NCBI GenBank assembly: GCA_002633005.1
Contig: NMRA01000015.1
Span: 917,235-958,560, forward strand
Length of the DNA: 41,326 nt
Reading direction: 5' to 3'
Source of the DNA: Phoronis australis
Taxonomy: Eukaryota; Animalia; Phoronida
The translations under genes were made by a program, and so were the position numbers. The notes beneath the pieces are model-generated. The model made no database searches and had not been told where the DNA came from. It was given only the letters and a program-made list of their open reading frames with translations. This document shows positions 1-13,510 of this stretch, one piece after another. The stretch's first letter is position 1, and every line of letters starts with the position of its first letter.

Positions 1-352
1 TAAGCGTTTGTTTGAGCCAATACAGTATACAGCTTTCCACCAAGGCTAGGTGATGCAAGACATTATTCTTTGTTGCATTATAGTAACTGGTCTTGGCTAA
101 TTATCATTTTATGGCCTGGTCATCCATTCAGCCAAAAGTAGTTCCAGAGGTGGCTTATCAGCCAATTATTCACGCATGCTGACTCACAATAGAAGCCTGA
201 TAAGAGTGAAGGTGGATAAATGCGGTGTTCCTACAGTTTCTTGTTTTAGTGGATGTGTTCACGACATGCATTCTTATTCTTTGTTGGAATTGATATTGGT
301 TAATGAAAGACTGGAAATTTGCCTGATGGTTATGCTGCTTGTATGGGCCAAG

Positions 353-530
353 GGAGGTAGTGGGCCGTGGGAGGTGGTAGGCTGCAGACAGTGGTGGGCT
401 GCGAAAGTTAGTGGGCCACAGGAAGTGATGAGCCGTGGGAAGTGGTGGGCCACGGGAGATAGTGGGCTGCGGGAGGTGTTGGGCTGCAGGAGGTGGTGGG
501 CCGCGGGAAGTGGTGGGCCGTGGGAAGTGG
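353..530. repeat. G-rich minisatellite, 17-bp unit (consensus GGARGTGGTGGGCCGYG), about 10.5 copies
   Basis: Directly visible periodicity. Explains the overlapping ORFs at 170-547. Confidence 0.9.
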
Positions 531-795
531 ACAAATTTACTCATTAATTGAACCTGTTACGAAGATTCACCCTCTTTATGTAACTCTGTGTCGTTGAATT
601 ACATAACACACTATGAAGTAAATGGAGATTCGCCTACTTGTTAAAATTTTGCGTGTTTTAAACATTGTTCCTGTCTGTGGGGAGTGAAACTCAGCTGTCA
701 CTTGAATAAAATGGCAGATTGAAGTCTGACTAGTTTATTTTGAAAACTACTGTACATTAGTGCGGTAATGGTTTTTCTGTTGTGATCTACTTCAG

Positions 796-908
796 GGAGA
801 ATGTGTTTGGAAATGAGAAGGCAGGTGGCACTGTAAGTGTTCCTATGATGTTGGCTTTGTACAACAAGACCGTACAACTCGATCCCAGCTGGAACGTGCG
901 ATTTTTAG
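796..908 (+). CDS. GLT8D1: Penultimate coding exon of a GLT8D1/GLT8D2-like glycosyltransferase family 8 protein (gene begins upstream of window)
   Basis: ttcAG acceptor (794-795) and GTaagt donor (909). Translates ENVFGNEKAGGTVSVPMMLALYNKTVQLDPSWNVRFL(G), which resembles the GLT8D 'PPLLIVFY...IDPMWNVRHLG' segment (recognised from memory). It ends in phase 1, matching the next exon. Confidence 0.85.
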
Positions 909-1763
909 GTAAGTTTAGGAATTATGTACAGTACGAGCCAAAAGTATTCAGAAAAAATTACCCAGAAGTCCCTGTCATGACGGCTGGGCGGAAGCTGAAT
1001 TCATGACCAGAGTAGTCTCCAGTGATGACCGAGAATGAATGGGAAATTAACAGGAAAGTTAGTAAGGTGGCCGAGGCATTCTGTAATTAGAATTGTGTCA
1101 TGTTAATAGTTGTTACCAGTATTAGCCTTCATGATGTGGGAAACAATAACTTTTTCCTTATACTGTACGTATATGTAGGTCTACAGCAAGGGTCTTTAGG
1201 ATCCACAAGCCCCTTTTTCAACATCCCACCTCACTTGAAATGCTCTTGTTTCTTATTTAACCAATCACCGTGTCAATCCAAGTAGCGTCATCGACTGCTC
1301 TGACGGGGGAGTGAGATCACTTGATATAAACAAACCCTTACCCCTCCCACTGACTCTCAGACATTTTCCTGCGACATTTCTGTGCAAGACAAATGCGCGT
1401 GCAAAAATTTCATGGTAAAGTGGTTTTAACTATTTGCTGTCTAATCAATGTTCATTTAAATCTCTTAAAAATGTTTAAATGGACATTGTAAATTAGGCAG
1501 CAAATGCTCAGATTAATTCACTGGGCGAATAGAGTTCATTCCATTTCCAAAACCAGCAAACCTCCAAGGAATACGGGGGGTGACATATCCCCAGTGAATG
1601 CAATCATATCAGAGACTCCACAACCAGTGGTGAGTGTGAACATTGCTGATTGAAACTAACAGCTGTATACTTTCACAAAAGTTATCTAACGTTTTACAAA
1701 AGATATTATATCTTTATAATTTTTCATTAAAACGCGGATATATCTAAGTTGTATGAAGCCTGT

Positions 1764-2104
1764 GAAAATAGATAGTACTCCCCCTGAAATAGGTGGCACA
1801 CCCTCTGAAATAGGCAGTACACCACCTGAAATAGGCAGGTCTCCCCTGAAATAGGCAGTACACCCCCTGAAATAGGCAGTACACCCCCTGAAATAGGCAG
1901 CACACCCCCTGAAATAGGTAGTACACCCCCTGAAATAGGTAGTACTCCCCCTGAAATAGGCAGCACACCCCCTGAAATAGGCAGCATACCCCCTGAAATG
2001 GACAGTATTCCCCCTTAAATAGACAGTAGTCCCCCTGAAGTATGCAGTACATCCCCTGAAATAAGCAGTACGCCCCCTGAATTTGGCAGTACACCCCCTG
2101 AAAT
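1764..2104. repeat. Minisatellite, 21-bp unit (consensus CCCCCTGAAATAGGCAGTACA), about 16 copies, in the last GLT8D intron
   Basis: Directly visible. Gives the heptad-repeat pseudo-ORFs (YFRGCTA / GGVLPIS / FQGVYCL) in all three minus frames; one shortened unit near 1835-1845. Confidence 0.95.
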
Positions 2105-2772
2105 CCTCCTGCGCTGGCGACCTCGCTGGTGGTGCTGTGTGCATCCAGTTTGTTCCTTTCCCTATACGCAAATTTCACTACCGTTCCATTGCAACCAATC
2201 AGAGAGATCAAATTTGACCCTGTTCCTTGTAAAATTAACACATTTGTGACCTACTTCTAGAAGTTCATTCATGATAAGAATCAGATGGCCATTTTCGTAT
2301 GTCTGATTTTTGCCTACTCTTCGCTGATCTTCTAAAAATGTCGGCAGAGAGAGAGAGATGAAATTGATGAATGAAGTTTCTCACTGTTAAAACAATTACT
2401 AATCAAAACTTTTTACTGTAAGCAATATTTATTTTGAATTAGTTCATAATTGCACATGGTGCAACTTTTCACGCCCCTGGCACTCTTGTCCTGGCCTTTG
2501 TCCTTAGAGTTCCTGCACTCTCTGTTTTGGAAGCTTCACATCTTTACTCGAAAAGGCTTTAATGAAAATGTTAAAGTTCAAAAGAATTGACTTAAGATTC
2601 AGTAGCCTGAGTAGACGTCCCTGAATTCCCAATGATGGCTTATAGAGCAACAAATTTTCTCTAAAATCATCCAGCCTATTGCTCAGACACATTTGATTAC
2701 TTTGCGGTCATTGTCATTGTTTGATGTCATGGGTTTCTCTACACTATGCAATTACTTTTTCTTTGGCTCTAG

Positions 2773-2954
2773 GAACGTCAAGTACAATGAAGAAATACTC
2801 CATTCTGTTCTTGACAAGTGCAAAACTGCTTCACTGGTCTGGACCAGAAAAGCCGTGGATGGGCAAGTCACCTTACGTTGAACTCTGGGAAAAGTGGTAC
2901 ATCCCTGACCCCACGAAGAAATTCCGTCTCGTGAGAAAGTCAGCTAAGGTGTAA
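2773..2954 (+). CDS. GLT8D1: Terminal coding exon of the GLT8D1/GLT8D2-like glycosyltransferase
   Basis: Pyrimidine tract plus tAG acceptor (2771-2772), phase 1. Translates (G)TSSTMKKYSILFLTSAKLLHWSGPEKPWMGKSPYVELWEKWYIPDPTKKFRLVRKSAKV* with the GT8 HxxGxxKPW motif and the GLT8D-typical WEKWYIPDPT. TAA at 2952-2954. Confidence 0.9.
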
Positions 2955-3177
2955 TCATGCCACGAATACTTGAAGCCTCTTGGAAGTCTTTACTGTTGTA
3001 TTACTGTTGTATTACTGCTTTAGAAGCAATTGTGGTGTATTGTATGAAGCATGGCTGTTGCCCTGTCTTGTGTTCATTTAGGTTAGTACCCTATAAAAGT
3101 GTTCCAAATTTGGTATCCCTGAAATGTCTGATCAGATTTGTATGAAACTTTCAGATACCATTCTTTATGCACTGTTA

Positions 3178-3510
3178 ATCTCCAAAACGCTATTAGGAAT
3201 TGTTTTCCAAATGTTTCATTTTTACACGAGGCTAACAAATTTGGGACTTTTGTGATTTTTATGAAAAAGCCAAATGTTGAATAAGACAAAATGATAATCT
3301 AAAAAACTGTAATAGCATTTTTGAGATTTAATCTTGAACAAATGGTCACATTACTAATACCGTTGACTGTACCTTTTCCCGTAATTTTACTAATTTAAAA
3401 AGACATGGTCATGTGGCTTAATTAGTGGCATATCAGAATAAAGTCAAAACTCAAATTGTACAGGCGAGGCTTCCTACTTTCAGAAAATATACACTTTTAC
3501 TGGCTAAAAT
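3178..3510 (-). repeat. Dispersed repeat family R1 copy (reverse orientation)
   Basis: The reverse complement aligns by eye with 17860-18190 (tgaccatgtct, aaatctcaaaaa..ttacagttt, agcgttttggaga). Confidence 0.7.
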
Positions 3511-4026
3511 CTATACTTTGTAAATACTTGGCTAAATACGCTAAATTCACAAACATGTCAATAAAGTCATACATTAACTTTACTCAAAAGCTGAGCTTGA
3601 CAAACTGAAAATGTCCAATGAACACTACGCAAATCGAGGCTAGAACAGGTCAGGTTTACTATCCGTGGTGGAGACTCATAGCAGTTGTCTGATGTTCATT
3701 TGTTCACCAGCAATAGATGGCGCCACTTCCCTTCTTAAACTGGCTATGAACCCACCTTCTGTCACAATAACTGAAATTTTATTTAAACCACTTCCTATTA
3801 TGAAATTGGTCTCAGATTGTTCCTTTGTCAAATTAGATGTGATTTCTGGGTTGGAAACAGTCTACACTTTGTTACATTTGCTTGAGACCAGAATCTACAA
3901 GCTGGCTTATTGCGGGCCATTTTATGCGTAGAACATTGTCTCGAACAGTAATGAATTGTCACCTCTTTTTCATTAAAGATCAGTTAGTTGAAACCTATTG
4001 TTTATCATCAAGTGTCTATAAGGAAA

Positions 4027-4300
4027 CATAGACTATAGTACATGGACCGCCAACTCCGTATACTTTCAATGGACGAAATCTGTGCTCTTACAGAAGCAAT
4101 GATGTCATATTCATTGGCGACACCTGGCCAAATTATCTGGTTTTATTTTCGGCAAGTACGTCTGCTAATTATGGCCGACTGTTGTGTCGTCACAATACAC
4201 TAACCGGAAACTGAAATAGATAATTTAGGAGAGTGGTGCCTCCTCTAGGATATTATGCAAGAAAATGTCAGAGTTGCGAATCTGTTGTCTATAATCTATG
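4027..4300. mobile_element. MITE-like element with about 30-bp imperfect TIRs starting CATAGA
   Basis: catagactatagtacatggaccgcaactc at the left end versus gagttgcgaatctgttgtctataatctatg at the right end. No clear TSD. Confidence 0.6.
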
Positions 4301-6707
4301 AACAAAAGTTAGTTTCTTTGACAGAATGCAGGGTTTATAGCTTAGAACTCTCCAGTATCAAGTGTCTTTGGTGCAATTAATTAGCTATTTGTCTCAGAGT
4401 TTTGGAAAGTAAGGAAAAGATTTTGGCAATTATTTTGAGTTAAAAGTTTCTTGTATCATAAATCTGAAAATCAGTTTACCTTAAACTTCAAATTTGGTGC
4501 TTTCAAACACTCCCTGTACGTAACATTGTTGATGGAGAGATTTGAGTAAGTATGCTGGTATTTGACGTGAGGTTGCATAATTTGAACATGGGAAAATCAG
4601 TTAAACCAGCCCATCGAATTTCATGGGGCAAAGGTCGCTGAATGCAATACAGTATTAATTTTATTTCCATGATAGCAAGTAGTAGCATATGTTTATAAAA
4701 ACAATGATGTACTTAAAACGGCGTGACATGTCAAGCGGGTTTAAATCCATCGTTGTTTTAGTATTCTTGATTTTAGTAGGCACGTTTCAAATTATCCATG
4801 CATAATATTTACATGTTTCAACAACTATACCACAGTTTTCTGCAGACAAGCCCTGGTGGGCGTATATTCTGAAAATATCAGTTTAGTTGTCAAAAGTCAA
4901 ATCCAAATATTATATGCCTGGTCGTATAATTGGGACATAACAAATATACGTCTAGCGTATACATACACTGTAGTGGGTGTCTAAATTGAAACCAAGAGAG
5001 TTTATACGCAACTTTGGTGATTCTCCAAGAGTTATGAGTTTTTTGTTGACAGCTTACTTCAGTTACCGTTTTGGTTGCCCATGTCAAAAGAAATTGGAGA
5101 AATTTGTAGGATTCAACCATGGATGTTTTCCCCACAAGTGCGCCCTGAGCATATCTGTGGAAAATTCTTATATACAGCCACTAGGCTTATCTAAAGATGG
5201 TTCTGTCTGCAGAAAACTCTAATAATTCTTAAAATTTGGTTGTGAGATTGCTTATTCTTCAATTCTATACTTGCTCCACTTTTTGTTGGCAATAGTTAAG
5301 ATTTCCTGAAAATCTTTTTCCTGGGGAAGGAGCGCTTGTGCCTTTTGTGCGTAAGGTTTGTGATTTGCTGGTTGTAGCGTTCTGTTCTTATCGTTACTCT
5401 ACCATGTTCGACCACTTAAGGTGTCGAACTAGACACACATGGTAGGTCTTGCAAATGTCTCATTATCTCGATGGACTGCCTTGCAGAAAGAAGTATGAAT
5501 TGATATGTCAAGGGTGTTGCAGTTATTACCGACTCAAGTGAACCAATGAGAGCTCTTGTCCAACTGTTTTCCAGGGGCCTGTTTTTCAAAGATCGGTCTG
5601 GACGTAGCTAAGGTGGTTGTGGGCATGTTATAGTGAATGTGACTCCGTGTCTTTTAAAAGAGTGGAGATGTTTCATATTCATGCTTTTATTAGGCGTGTT
5701 CGTGAGCTGTGTGGAAAATTAAATTGGATGTTTCATCTGTCTTAGATTGATTATGGGGGCCCCAGGAATTGAAGCCAGTAAGCAACAATGTTTTATAAGT
5801 GCACTGGAAAGGTCAATTGGTACAAATGAAAGGTCAATTGGTACAACTGAGTAGTTTATTTGAACTTGATCTGATGTGCCTTTACTAGTAGCTCTTTAGA
5901 TTAGATAAACCTGTTGACACAAGGCTATACACAATTCTAGCTATAAAAAGTTTAACTGTTAGTGTTCATTTAGTGCAAAGATGATTTTAGACTTTGCTGT
6001 TCCTGATCTGAGAGGAAGTTTTCCTTGTTACCCTACTTTAGGGTCATTCTTAGTTGTTATAGACCCGTGGTGCTATTTCTGTTGCATTTTGTACTCTATG
6101 TGTTTCTGTATATTCAGACTTTGGCATCTCAGACTTATCAAATGTAATGCTTTGGGGTCTATTTCATGAAAAGTGACTTAGACACAAGTTTGGCCTTGTC
6201 CTCCCACTTCACCATTGTCAGAGGTTTAGTCATGTAACTATTAACACATAACTCATAACTCCCTGGAAATAACTTGCACAAGTTTTGCCAGTAACAGTTG
6301 TGGGTATATTCTCAGGTACTTTTTCATTTTCTAAAGTGAGTTTTGATTATTTTTAGAAATAGTTACCTCAGCTGGAGCTGAAGACCAGTTCTGTCTTAGG
6401 TCTTGAGTCACTTTTATGAAACAGAGGCTCGGTCATGTTGCGTTGCCGTTTGTATGATATTGTCAAAATATCACTGATTTTGAGTCTGTTACTGAGTTTT
6501 TTTTTCTGGGTATCTACAGTTTGCTTCACTGTGACCTTATTATCACTCCTAGTGCCTAGCTGAACTCGAAGGTGTTACAAACTAATACTGACCGTTGTTC
6601 TTGAGAGCACGTGATCGCACTAGCGTTTCACGTGAACTTCCTGGGTCCACAACTGGCGATCTTGTAGCCAACGCAGAAACGAGTTGCTTTTTTCTTAACA
6701 TCACGTT

Positions 6708-6974
6708 CATGCGCGCATACGGGGGATGGATCAAGGACCCCCCCTCCCATTTGGCGAAGTGGGCAAAAAGGTCCGTTTCAGAGAAACAAAAAGTCCGAGA
6801 AAACGAGACAAAAGTCCACAGGAATGTGGCGCGAATACATGATTCATAGGTGTGAACGTAGTACCCCGTTTTTTGTTTTTGTTTTTCAGTCCCCATGCTC
6901 TTTTTCAGTAAAAGGTCCCCATGCTAAACAATTCGAGCCCCCCCCCCCTATATTTTAGGCTGGGTGTGTGCATG
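6708..6974. mobile_element. MITE-like element (CATG...CATG ends, G/C-run subtermini)
   Basis: Starts catgcgcgcatac and ends gggtgtgtgcatg. Flanked by ACGTT (6703-6707) and ACGCT (6975-6979), a possible 5-bp TSD with one mismatch. Confidence 0.55.
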
Positions 6975-9900
6975 ACGCTCATGTGCATTTTACCAGCTAC
7001 TAAATCCTGTTTTAAAGATGTTTATTCCGTTGTTTGCACCACTTTAGAACACGCAGTCAGTTTTATTTTAACAAAGAATTCTCTGAGATAGGTTCATTTC
7101 GTAAATTACAGCCCTGTGTGCGTTTTCATAAAAAGTTAATTTGGCGACCATTTTGTCACGTTGGATGCTCAACTAAATATGAACCGTCTTGCGTGTAAAA
7201 AACTTGACATTTTTATCATTAGAACATGTGTCATAGTGACTTCAAAATTATAGCAAATTCAGCTTACTATAGGATTTCGTTTTTTAATTTGCGTTGAAAT
7301 TCGTTTTCTAAAGTTTTTTAACAAAGTGAATGTGGAAGGCTTATCTAGCTGTTAAAGTTTCTCAGTGAACCAGAGTTTTACAAGTAACGAAACGCTTAAA
7401 ATTCAAATTAAACCGAATTTTCTGCATGTTATAGGCCTACTTTAAAAACGGGTACAAAATATTCCCAAACCCGCTCATCCTTGTATTATTTAACTATAAT
7501 CGAAGGAAGTTCTCACAGGTGTACCCAGAAATGTGTGAACTATTAACAATCAATTGTCAATGGTTCACACATCTCAACGTGTATCTGGAAAAAAGTCAAA
7601 ACTGAAAACTTTATATTAAAAAGAAGAATTCAGCAACATTACCTCGTATCCCCGTTTTTACGTTCATATGCCATAACGCATTTTTTCAATGAAAACGATA
7701 TACTCAAATGTTTTGCATATGAGCGTAGGCGCTAAAGTTTTGCTTAGTCGGCGCGGGCAGGTGTCCTATGTACAGTGTCTTCCGCAGAAAAAGTGTGCGC
7801 ACTATTTCTAGGGCGATATATTTCTACGCGACTTGGTTATAAGTTAACAGCGCATTTCCGAGTTGTAACTAAGACAAGACGTTCTGTCTTATTTGATGAT
7901 GTGAAATTTTGTAAACTAGTATAGGATTAAGAGGTAACAGACCAATTCGGTTACTATTTTTGTAGTTGCGAAATTAGTTTTGATGTTTTCATATTTGTGA
8001 AAGATGAACAAACTAGTACATTATTATGGGGCCAGATCTGAATAGTGCATTATGGGACAGAAATTGAAGAATTGTCTGAATGACGGAAACTGTGTGAACT
8101 ATTGAGAATAGTTTTCAACTAACAAATCAAAATACATGTACAAGCAGTGCGATCTAAGTGTATTTTGCGAGCCTATATCAATTGCACCATTCTTCATTAC
8201 ATTCCATGAGTCAAGCAGCAGAGAATATTTAAAAAATGAGGCGCGCCTGTATCTGGCGCGTAACTTTCAACTGGGTTTTATTCAAATGGCTCCCGTGTAT
8301 GTTCATGTGCGTAATTATAGATATACCCGGTAGGTGTAGCTTGGAATATCGGGCGTGACCTGAAAATACGCCATATACGATGCAAGTCAATTGCGCAAAA
8401 TAACAAGATTCACGGTTTGCTCTGTGTGTGTTACTTCAATATTCAAGTGCGTGAATATTTAAAAGTTTGCAGGACACTGGTATTTCGGATTCGTGTGAGC
8501 TACGTGATCGTAGTCGTCCCCTTCTCATATTTGTGCTCTCCCCATGGGGTAACCTACAAGTTGCAAAAATATTTTCATCTTGTCATTTACACGGGTACAT
8601 CAAGAACACCCAAAAACCACATAGCTGTTGAACTTTTTCCTTTACAGCATTACACGTATATGCTATGCCATATCTCGTCCAAATGCGAGTAAACTAATAC
8701 CCAGACGTTTTCAACAAGATACTCGTGATAAGGTGCAGAAAAACGTTGGGCCAGCTGTATGTTATACATGTAGCTTGCACGTGTCTGGGTCGGTTACTTG
8801 AGGCTACAAGTTACCTTGAAGCTGATCGTTACCATAAACTGTCCTTTATTGTCAAAAATGACTTTAATTTCTTATAGAATACCTACGGAACATGATGAAA
8901 TTGGTATCAACTCGATCATTACTCTTATTAGGAGTGATTTTTGACAGTTCTGTTATTGCTTGAGACTATGCTTGACGCATAAAATGACCAGCCGGGTCAA
9001 GCCAACTTGTTCAGCCTGGTCTCAAGCCTCAATGATTTGTGATCTCTTCCCAAGGTCTGAAATCTTGACTAAATACTGTCATTTATTACAAGGTGAGACT
9101 AGTTTTATATTACGGTAAGTGATCTAAATCCAATGTCAATTTTGACAGATGGTGAGTCTAAGGCACCTTTAAATTGTAACTTCAATAAATTGTGTGAAGT
9201 TTCGGTACTAGCTAAGGGCTCTCACTCACCTGAAAAGAAAGGTGCCTAGTGTGCCTTAAGTAGAAGGGAGTTTTTTCGGATGAGGTTCCCCTCCCCAGTC
9301 GCCCATGATTCGGTTAAATGTTTAACTTTAAAGTGATTCCAAACTTGAGGAGAAATTTCTCATTTATTGGAGTGGAATTCCTTGGCCTGATGAGGGGAAT
9401 TTAGCGTGATTTTCATAGAGGAATGTTACACTACGTGACGAACAGTTCCTTTTTGTCTATGCGACTTTATTAAAATCTTCTTATCCTAATTCTTGAACTG
9501 CTCGTTATCATCGGATGTTTGCCGTGACATATTCTTACAACTCCTTGACCAGGATAGCAATAAGGAATATTTATAAAACATTAAAAAAATGTTCGTGATA
9601 ACGAAAGTAGGTAGTTCTTTAAACATACTCTGTCTGCTCCATTTTCGTTAGAAATGAACTTTAACCTAAGCAGTCTTGACAGTGATTTCTTTCAAAATAA
9701 AAACTCAGTTTTGTTTAGTTTCAAATTACTGCTCGTGTACAAACAAAATGGCTGCCACAGTTAAATGAACATTTAATCTCCGTTTTGTGAACTTGGGTTG
9801 AGATTGAAAAATGCAAATACACACAGGACTATAATTTAGAATTCTGTGCTCTAAGTAGTGAAGAAAGGAGAGAGCATCTTTATTGAATAATCCTGCTACT

Positions 9901-10729
9901 GTGTCATTTGGTGAAGAGCCTGTTGACCAAGACCACAGTACCAGTGGCTGATTTTGACTTTATCACTGGCCTGGGTCAATCAAAGCCCTTGTTTGCACAG
10001 CTGTCTTGGACATCTGAAAAAAGGCATAACTGACACAAAGTACACTCATGGGGTTCTCAAAAATAAAGAAATTCAACAAAGCCATGTCTTTTACCTTGCT
10101 ACATCCAAAGTGAAAAAATTCGAGATACCAAAAATGACCTAAAAGTGCCATTTTGGCCATATTTTACCAAAAATTGCAAATTCACAACTTTCCTGCTGCA
10201 AGAAAACTGAGAGATCGTCATCCGAATGCTCTTTCACTCTAGATTCCAGAAATTTAGGGTAAACTGTGTCATTACCTACCAGATTTTTGACAATTTCCAC
10301 TTGTCTGAAGGGTACTTGGATTCGCGCCAAAATTCAAGACTCAACAAGCATGTGCTCTTAAAATGGCAGCACTTCTGTATCCTAGTAGACAAGAGCACAG
10401 GCCAAATTTCTGGATTCAATTTAGTTGAAACAACTTCAGGAAACTATTGAATACCAGTTGTGGCAAACACTTCCCTTCTAGTCTACAAAACTGCCGTCAA
10501 AGCCGACCCACCCCATTTTATTCATTTTTGGGTGGAGTTATATAGACCCCTACTGTGGCCTTAGACAGCCTGGTGCAAAATTTTAAAAAGTACCACCTAT
10601 GTATCTTCTTTCTTAAGAGAGTGTGTGGATGATATTGAAGTCAGTGTGGAAATAAAAATGCATTGTCATAATAGTATGGAGGTAAAAAGGTTTAACTTCA
10701 AGGTAGCAGTTTTGCGGAAGATTGGAAAT

Positions 10730-10970
10730 TTCCAGATGAGGGCACCCCTGGGTGAGGGAAGAAAACCCTTTTTAGCGTCGGAAAGAATGACATCAGTCCT
10801 AAGAATGTTGAATCCAATGGAGAAAGGAGGAATTCAAGTAAAATGTTTATACCGTAATACGCACCACACTGGTATGACAGTGGATCTTATAATTGAAGTC
10901 ATGCCCTCCAAGAAAGTTTTGTCACTGATTTTGTTAGATTTGGCGAACACATACGATAGCATATGATGAA
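10730..10970 (+). mobile_element. Possible highly decayed non-LTR RT fragment
   Basis: The ORF tail ...DLIIEVMPSKKVLSLILLDLANTYDSI resembles the RT motif 'hhhLDLxKAYDSV'. Support elsewhere in the ORF is weak. Confidence 0.35.
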
Positions 10971-11999
10971 TTGTGTCTTTTACAATGACGACGTATCATG
11001 TCTCAGAACAAGGTCATGGGCTGGCCCTCGAGTTTTATGAGAAAAAATTCACTTACAGCCAGGCTAGTTTTAATTTGTTCCATACTCGCTGATTTCTGGG
11101 AACAAACGTGTGTCAGAATATATTCTGACACATTTTTACTGAAATGGTCGGAATTTGACGAGTAATATAGCTTTCATTTTTTTTGCAGAATAATATAAAA
11201 ATGAAAACTAACGGTACATTGTAACAATTTAGGTTTTGATTATTGCATGTATTTTGATTTTTATGATGATGAAAAAGAATTGAAAATAAGTAGTGAATAC
11301 CCTTTATTTCAAACAATAACCAAAACAATGCCTTTTGCTTCATGAATGGCTGCAATAACTTCTGCGAAAATATTCAAAATCTGTCTTTTTTTTTAATGAC
11401 GTCAAGGCATTGCGCAGAAGGCAATTCCCTTGGCCAAGCCTCAAATGGGTAAACTGATCAGCGTCATCTTGAGGCTTGGGGACGAGGCTGCAAGTCCGAC
11501 TTCTTTGAACGCATGCGCGCACACATATTGGGGGCGGAGAACTTGAAAACTGGAATGGTATAAAAGAGTTTGTATTTCGTCTGTGTTTCAAAAATAGTGA
11601 ATTTGACGATTTTTTCTAGAAACTTCTGCAATACTAAAAGTGAATAACTCTCACGTTAGCAACCCCTATATGTACATTGGCCATCATCTATTTTTAAACG
11701 GAAAAATACCATTAGAAAATACCTTACATAATAAAAGGCATTTTTGCGAGTTTTCGCGTTCCAATTGACAGTAGGCCGGTTTACTGAATCTTTAAGATAA
11801 AAATAAGTTTTGCAGCGGGAACGCCATCGGTGTGAAGAACTTAGAACTAGTCCACGAGCGAAAGTGTCACAACTCACCATTAAAAAGGGAACGCAAACAC
11901 TTCTCTTTGTTTTTTTAAGTTTTGAGTTGTGCTGGTTATTGAACACTTTACTCGAGGAAAAACGGTAAGCTTTACAGCTTTCCTTGAACAACCAAGTTT

Positions 12000-13510
12000 T
12001 GAGAAGTAATCAGCTATCTATAAATTTGGTTTGGCAGTATGAGCACCGGAAAAATTGTGTTAGCGAACGGATGTCATGGATTAAAAATAACTTCCAAGTT
12101 AGCTTCCACGATATGGTAGATCAGAATTACTTGATGAGATTGAAAGATGTTGAACTAATTTTGAAAAATTGGTCCAAAAGAATTTTGACGCCTTTCGGGA
12201 GAATAACAGTAATCAATGCTCTTGCTGGTTAAAAATATCTTTTGATATTTTTTCCACAGCCTTCAAAATACATTCTAGAAATATTGAATTTAATGTTTTT
12301 TAATTTACTTTGACAAGGTCGCAGTGATAAAATCACGCGCTCCCGAGCTGTTTGTAATTACAACGAAGGAGGGATTATAATGATTAATATGTTTACCTTC
12401 TGCAAGGCTTTAAAGATAAATATGTTAATAAAGTGTGTTGTCGGTCAGTCTAAGCCCTCCCATTTGTCACATCTACTTTTTCTGAAATAAAAAATTTCGC
12501 CAAGTATCGTGGTGACTTTGCTGAGACAAAATGCCTTATATTAATAACTTTTGTAAGAATTTTGAATGTGCCATCTCCTTTTAGACCTTTTTTAACAATC
12601 TAGAATCATTTTGATTATAAAATCAACCTTTATGGTTGACCAATGACGTTGAGGTCGCTAAAAAGTATGTTTGTGAGTACTGGTTCCACGAAGGCAAAAT
12701 AACTATGAAGGACTTGTTCTCTCTAGAAGCCAATATTTTGAATTACATATTTATCAGGGATGATTTAGGTATCAAAACTAACTTGATAGAATAATAGTCT
12801 TGTTTCACTACCTGTAATGAACCAATATAAATTTGCAATTGTTAGAGTTGTAATATTTGATGTTTTGAAAGTCTTGTGGTGTCAACGTTTTTAAGGAAAT
12901 TAAGCAGAGTCGGGAGAGGATGTCGACGTATTTGTGCCCAATTCAATTATTGTTCCAAAGTCTCAATGGCGGAGTTAAAGTGGTTCAAAGAACTTAATGT
13001 ACAAGCAAACAATTTTATTGCAGGAGATCTCATCCCTTACTTTCAACACAACAAGAGACTCTATACATAGATATGCTTCAGTTTAGGTTGTTGATGAGAA
13101 TTCTGGCTACTAATTCTTTTTCTAAAACAAATTCAAGTTACAAGCGACGGCTCTTGCTCCTTATTGTGTGCAATCTAAAGCGATTTTGAGGCACTTATTC
13201 TGGGATTGTGAAACTGAATTTATTTTGGATAAGGGTAAATAATGAAATTTTAAACAAAGCAAATTCTGGATATGTCGCCACACTGTCTTGTAACAATGTT
13301 ATTTTGGGCTTTTCTGATAAACATGAAACTTTTTAAAGACATCATTTTATAATCCGGTAAACAGTTTGTTTATTGTCAGAAGTTTAATATATATAGAAAA
13401 GAGTGCTCTTAGGCGCTTTGTAAAGCCACCGAACAATACTATTTGAGTGACAAGTGTAGTGCTCACAAACATTTAGATTTTCTAGAATAGAGTTAATGGA
13501 ACTTTGAAAC
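12000..13510 (+). mobile_element. Decayed 5'-truncated non-LTR retrotransposon (Tx1/L1-like ORF2, post-RT region and CCHC finger)
   Basis: Readable motifs across stops and frameshifts: LKNWSKRILTPFGRITVINALA (12160-12230), DKITR..YNEGGIIMIN..FCKALK (12325-12415) and RILATNSFLKQI...SCS..C.....HLFWDCE (13095-13212). Confidence 0.85.

Noticed and set aside
170-547. Pro-rich and Trp/Gly-rich ORFs on both strands
   Set aside because: By-products of the 17-bp G-rich minisatellite.
1686-2241. Three overlapping minus-strand ORFs with heptad repeats (up to 165 aa)
   Set aside because: They are translations of a stop-free 21-bp minisatellite inside the GLT8D intron. All frames are open and a shortened unit swaps frames.
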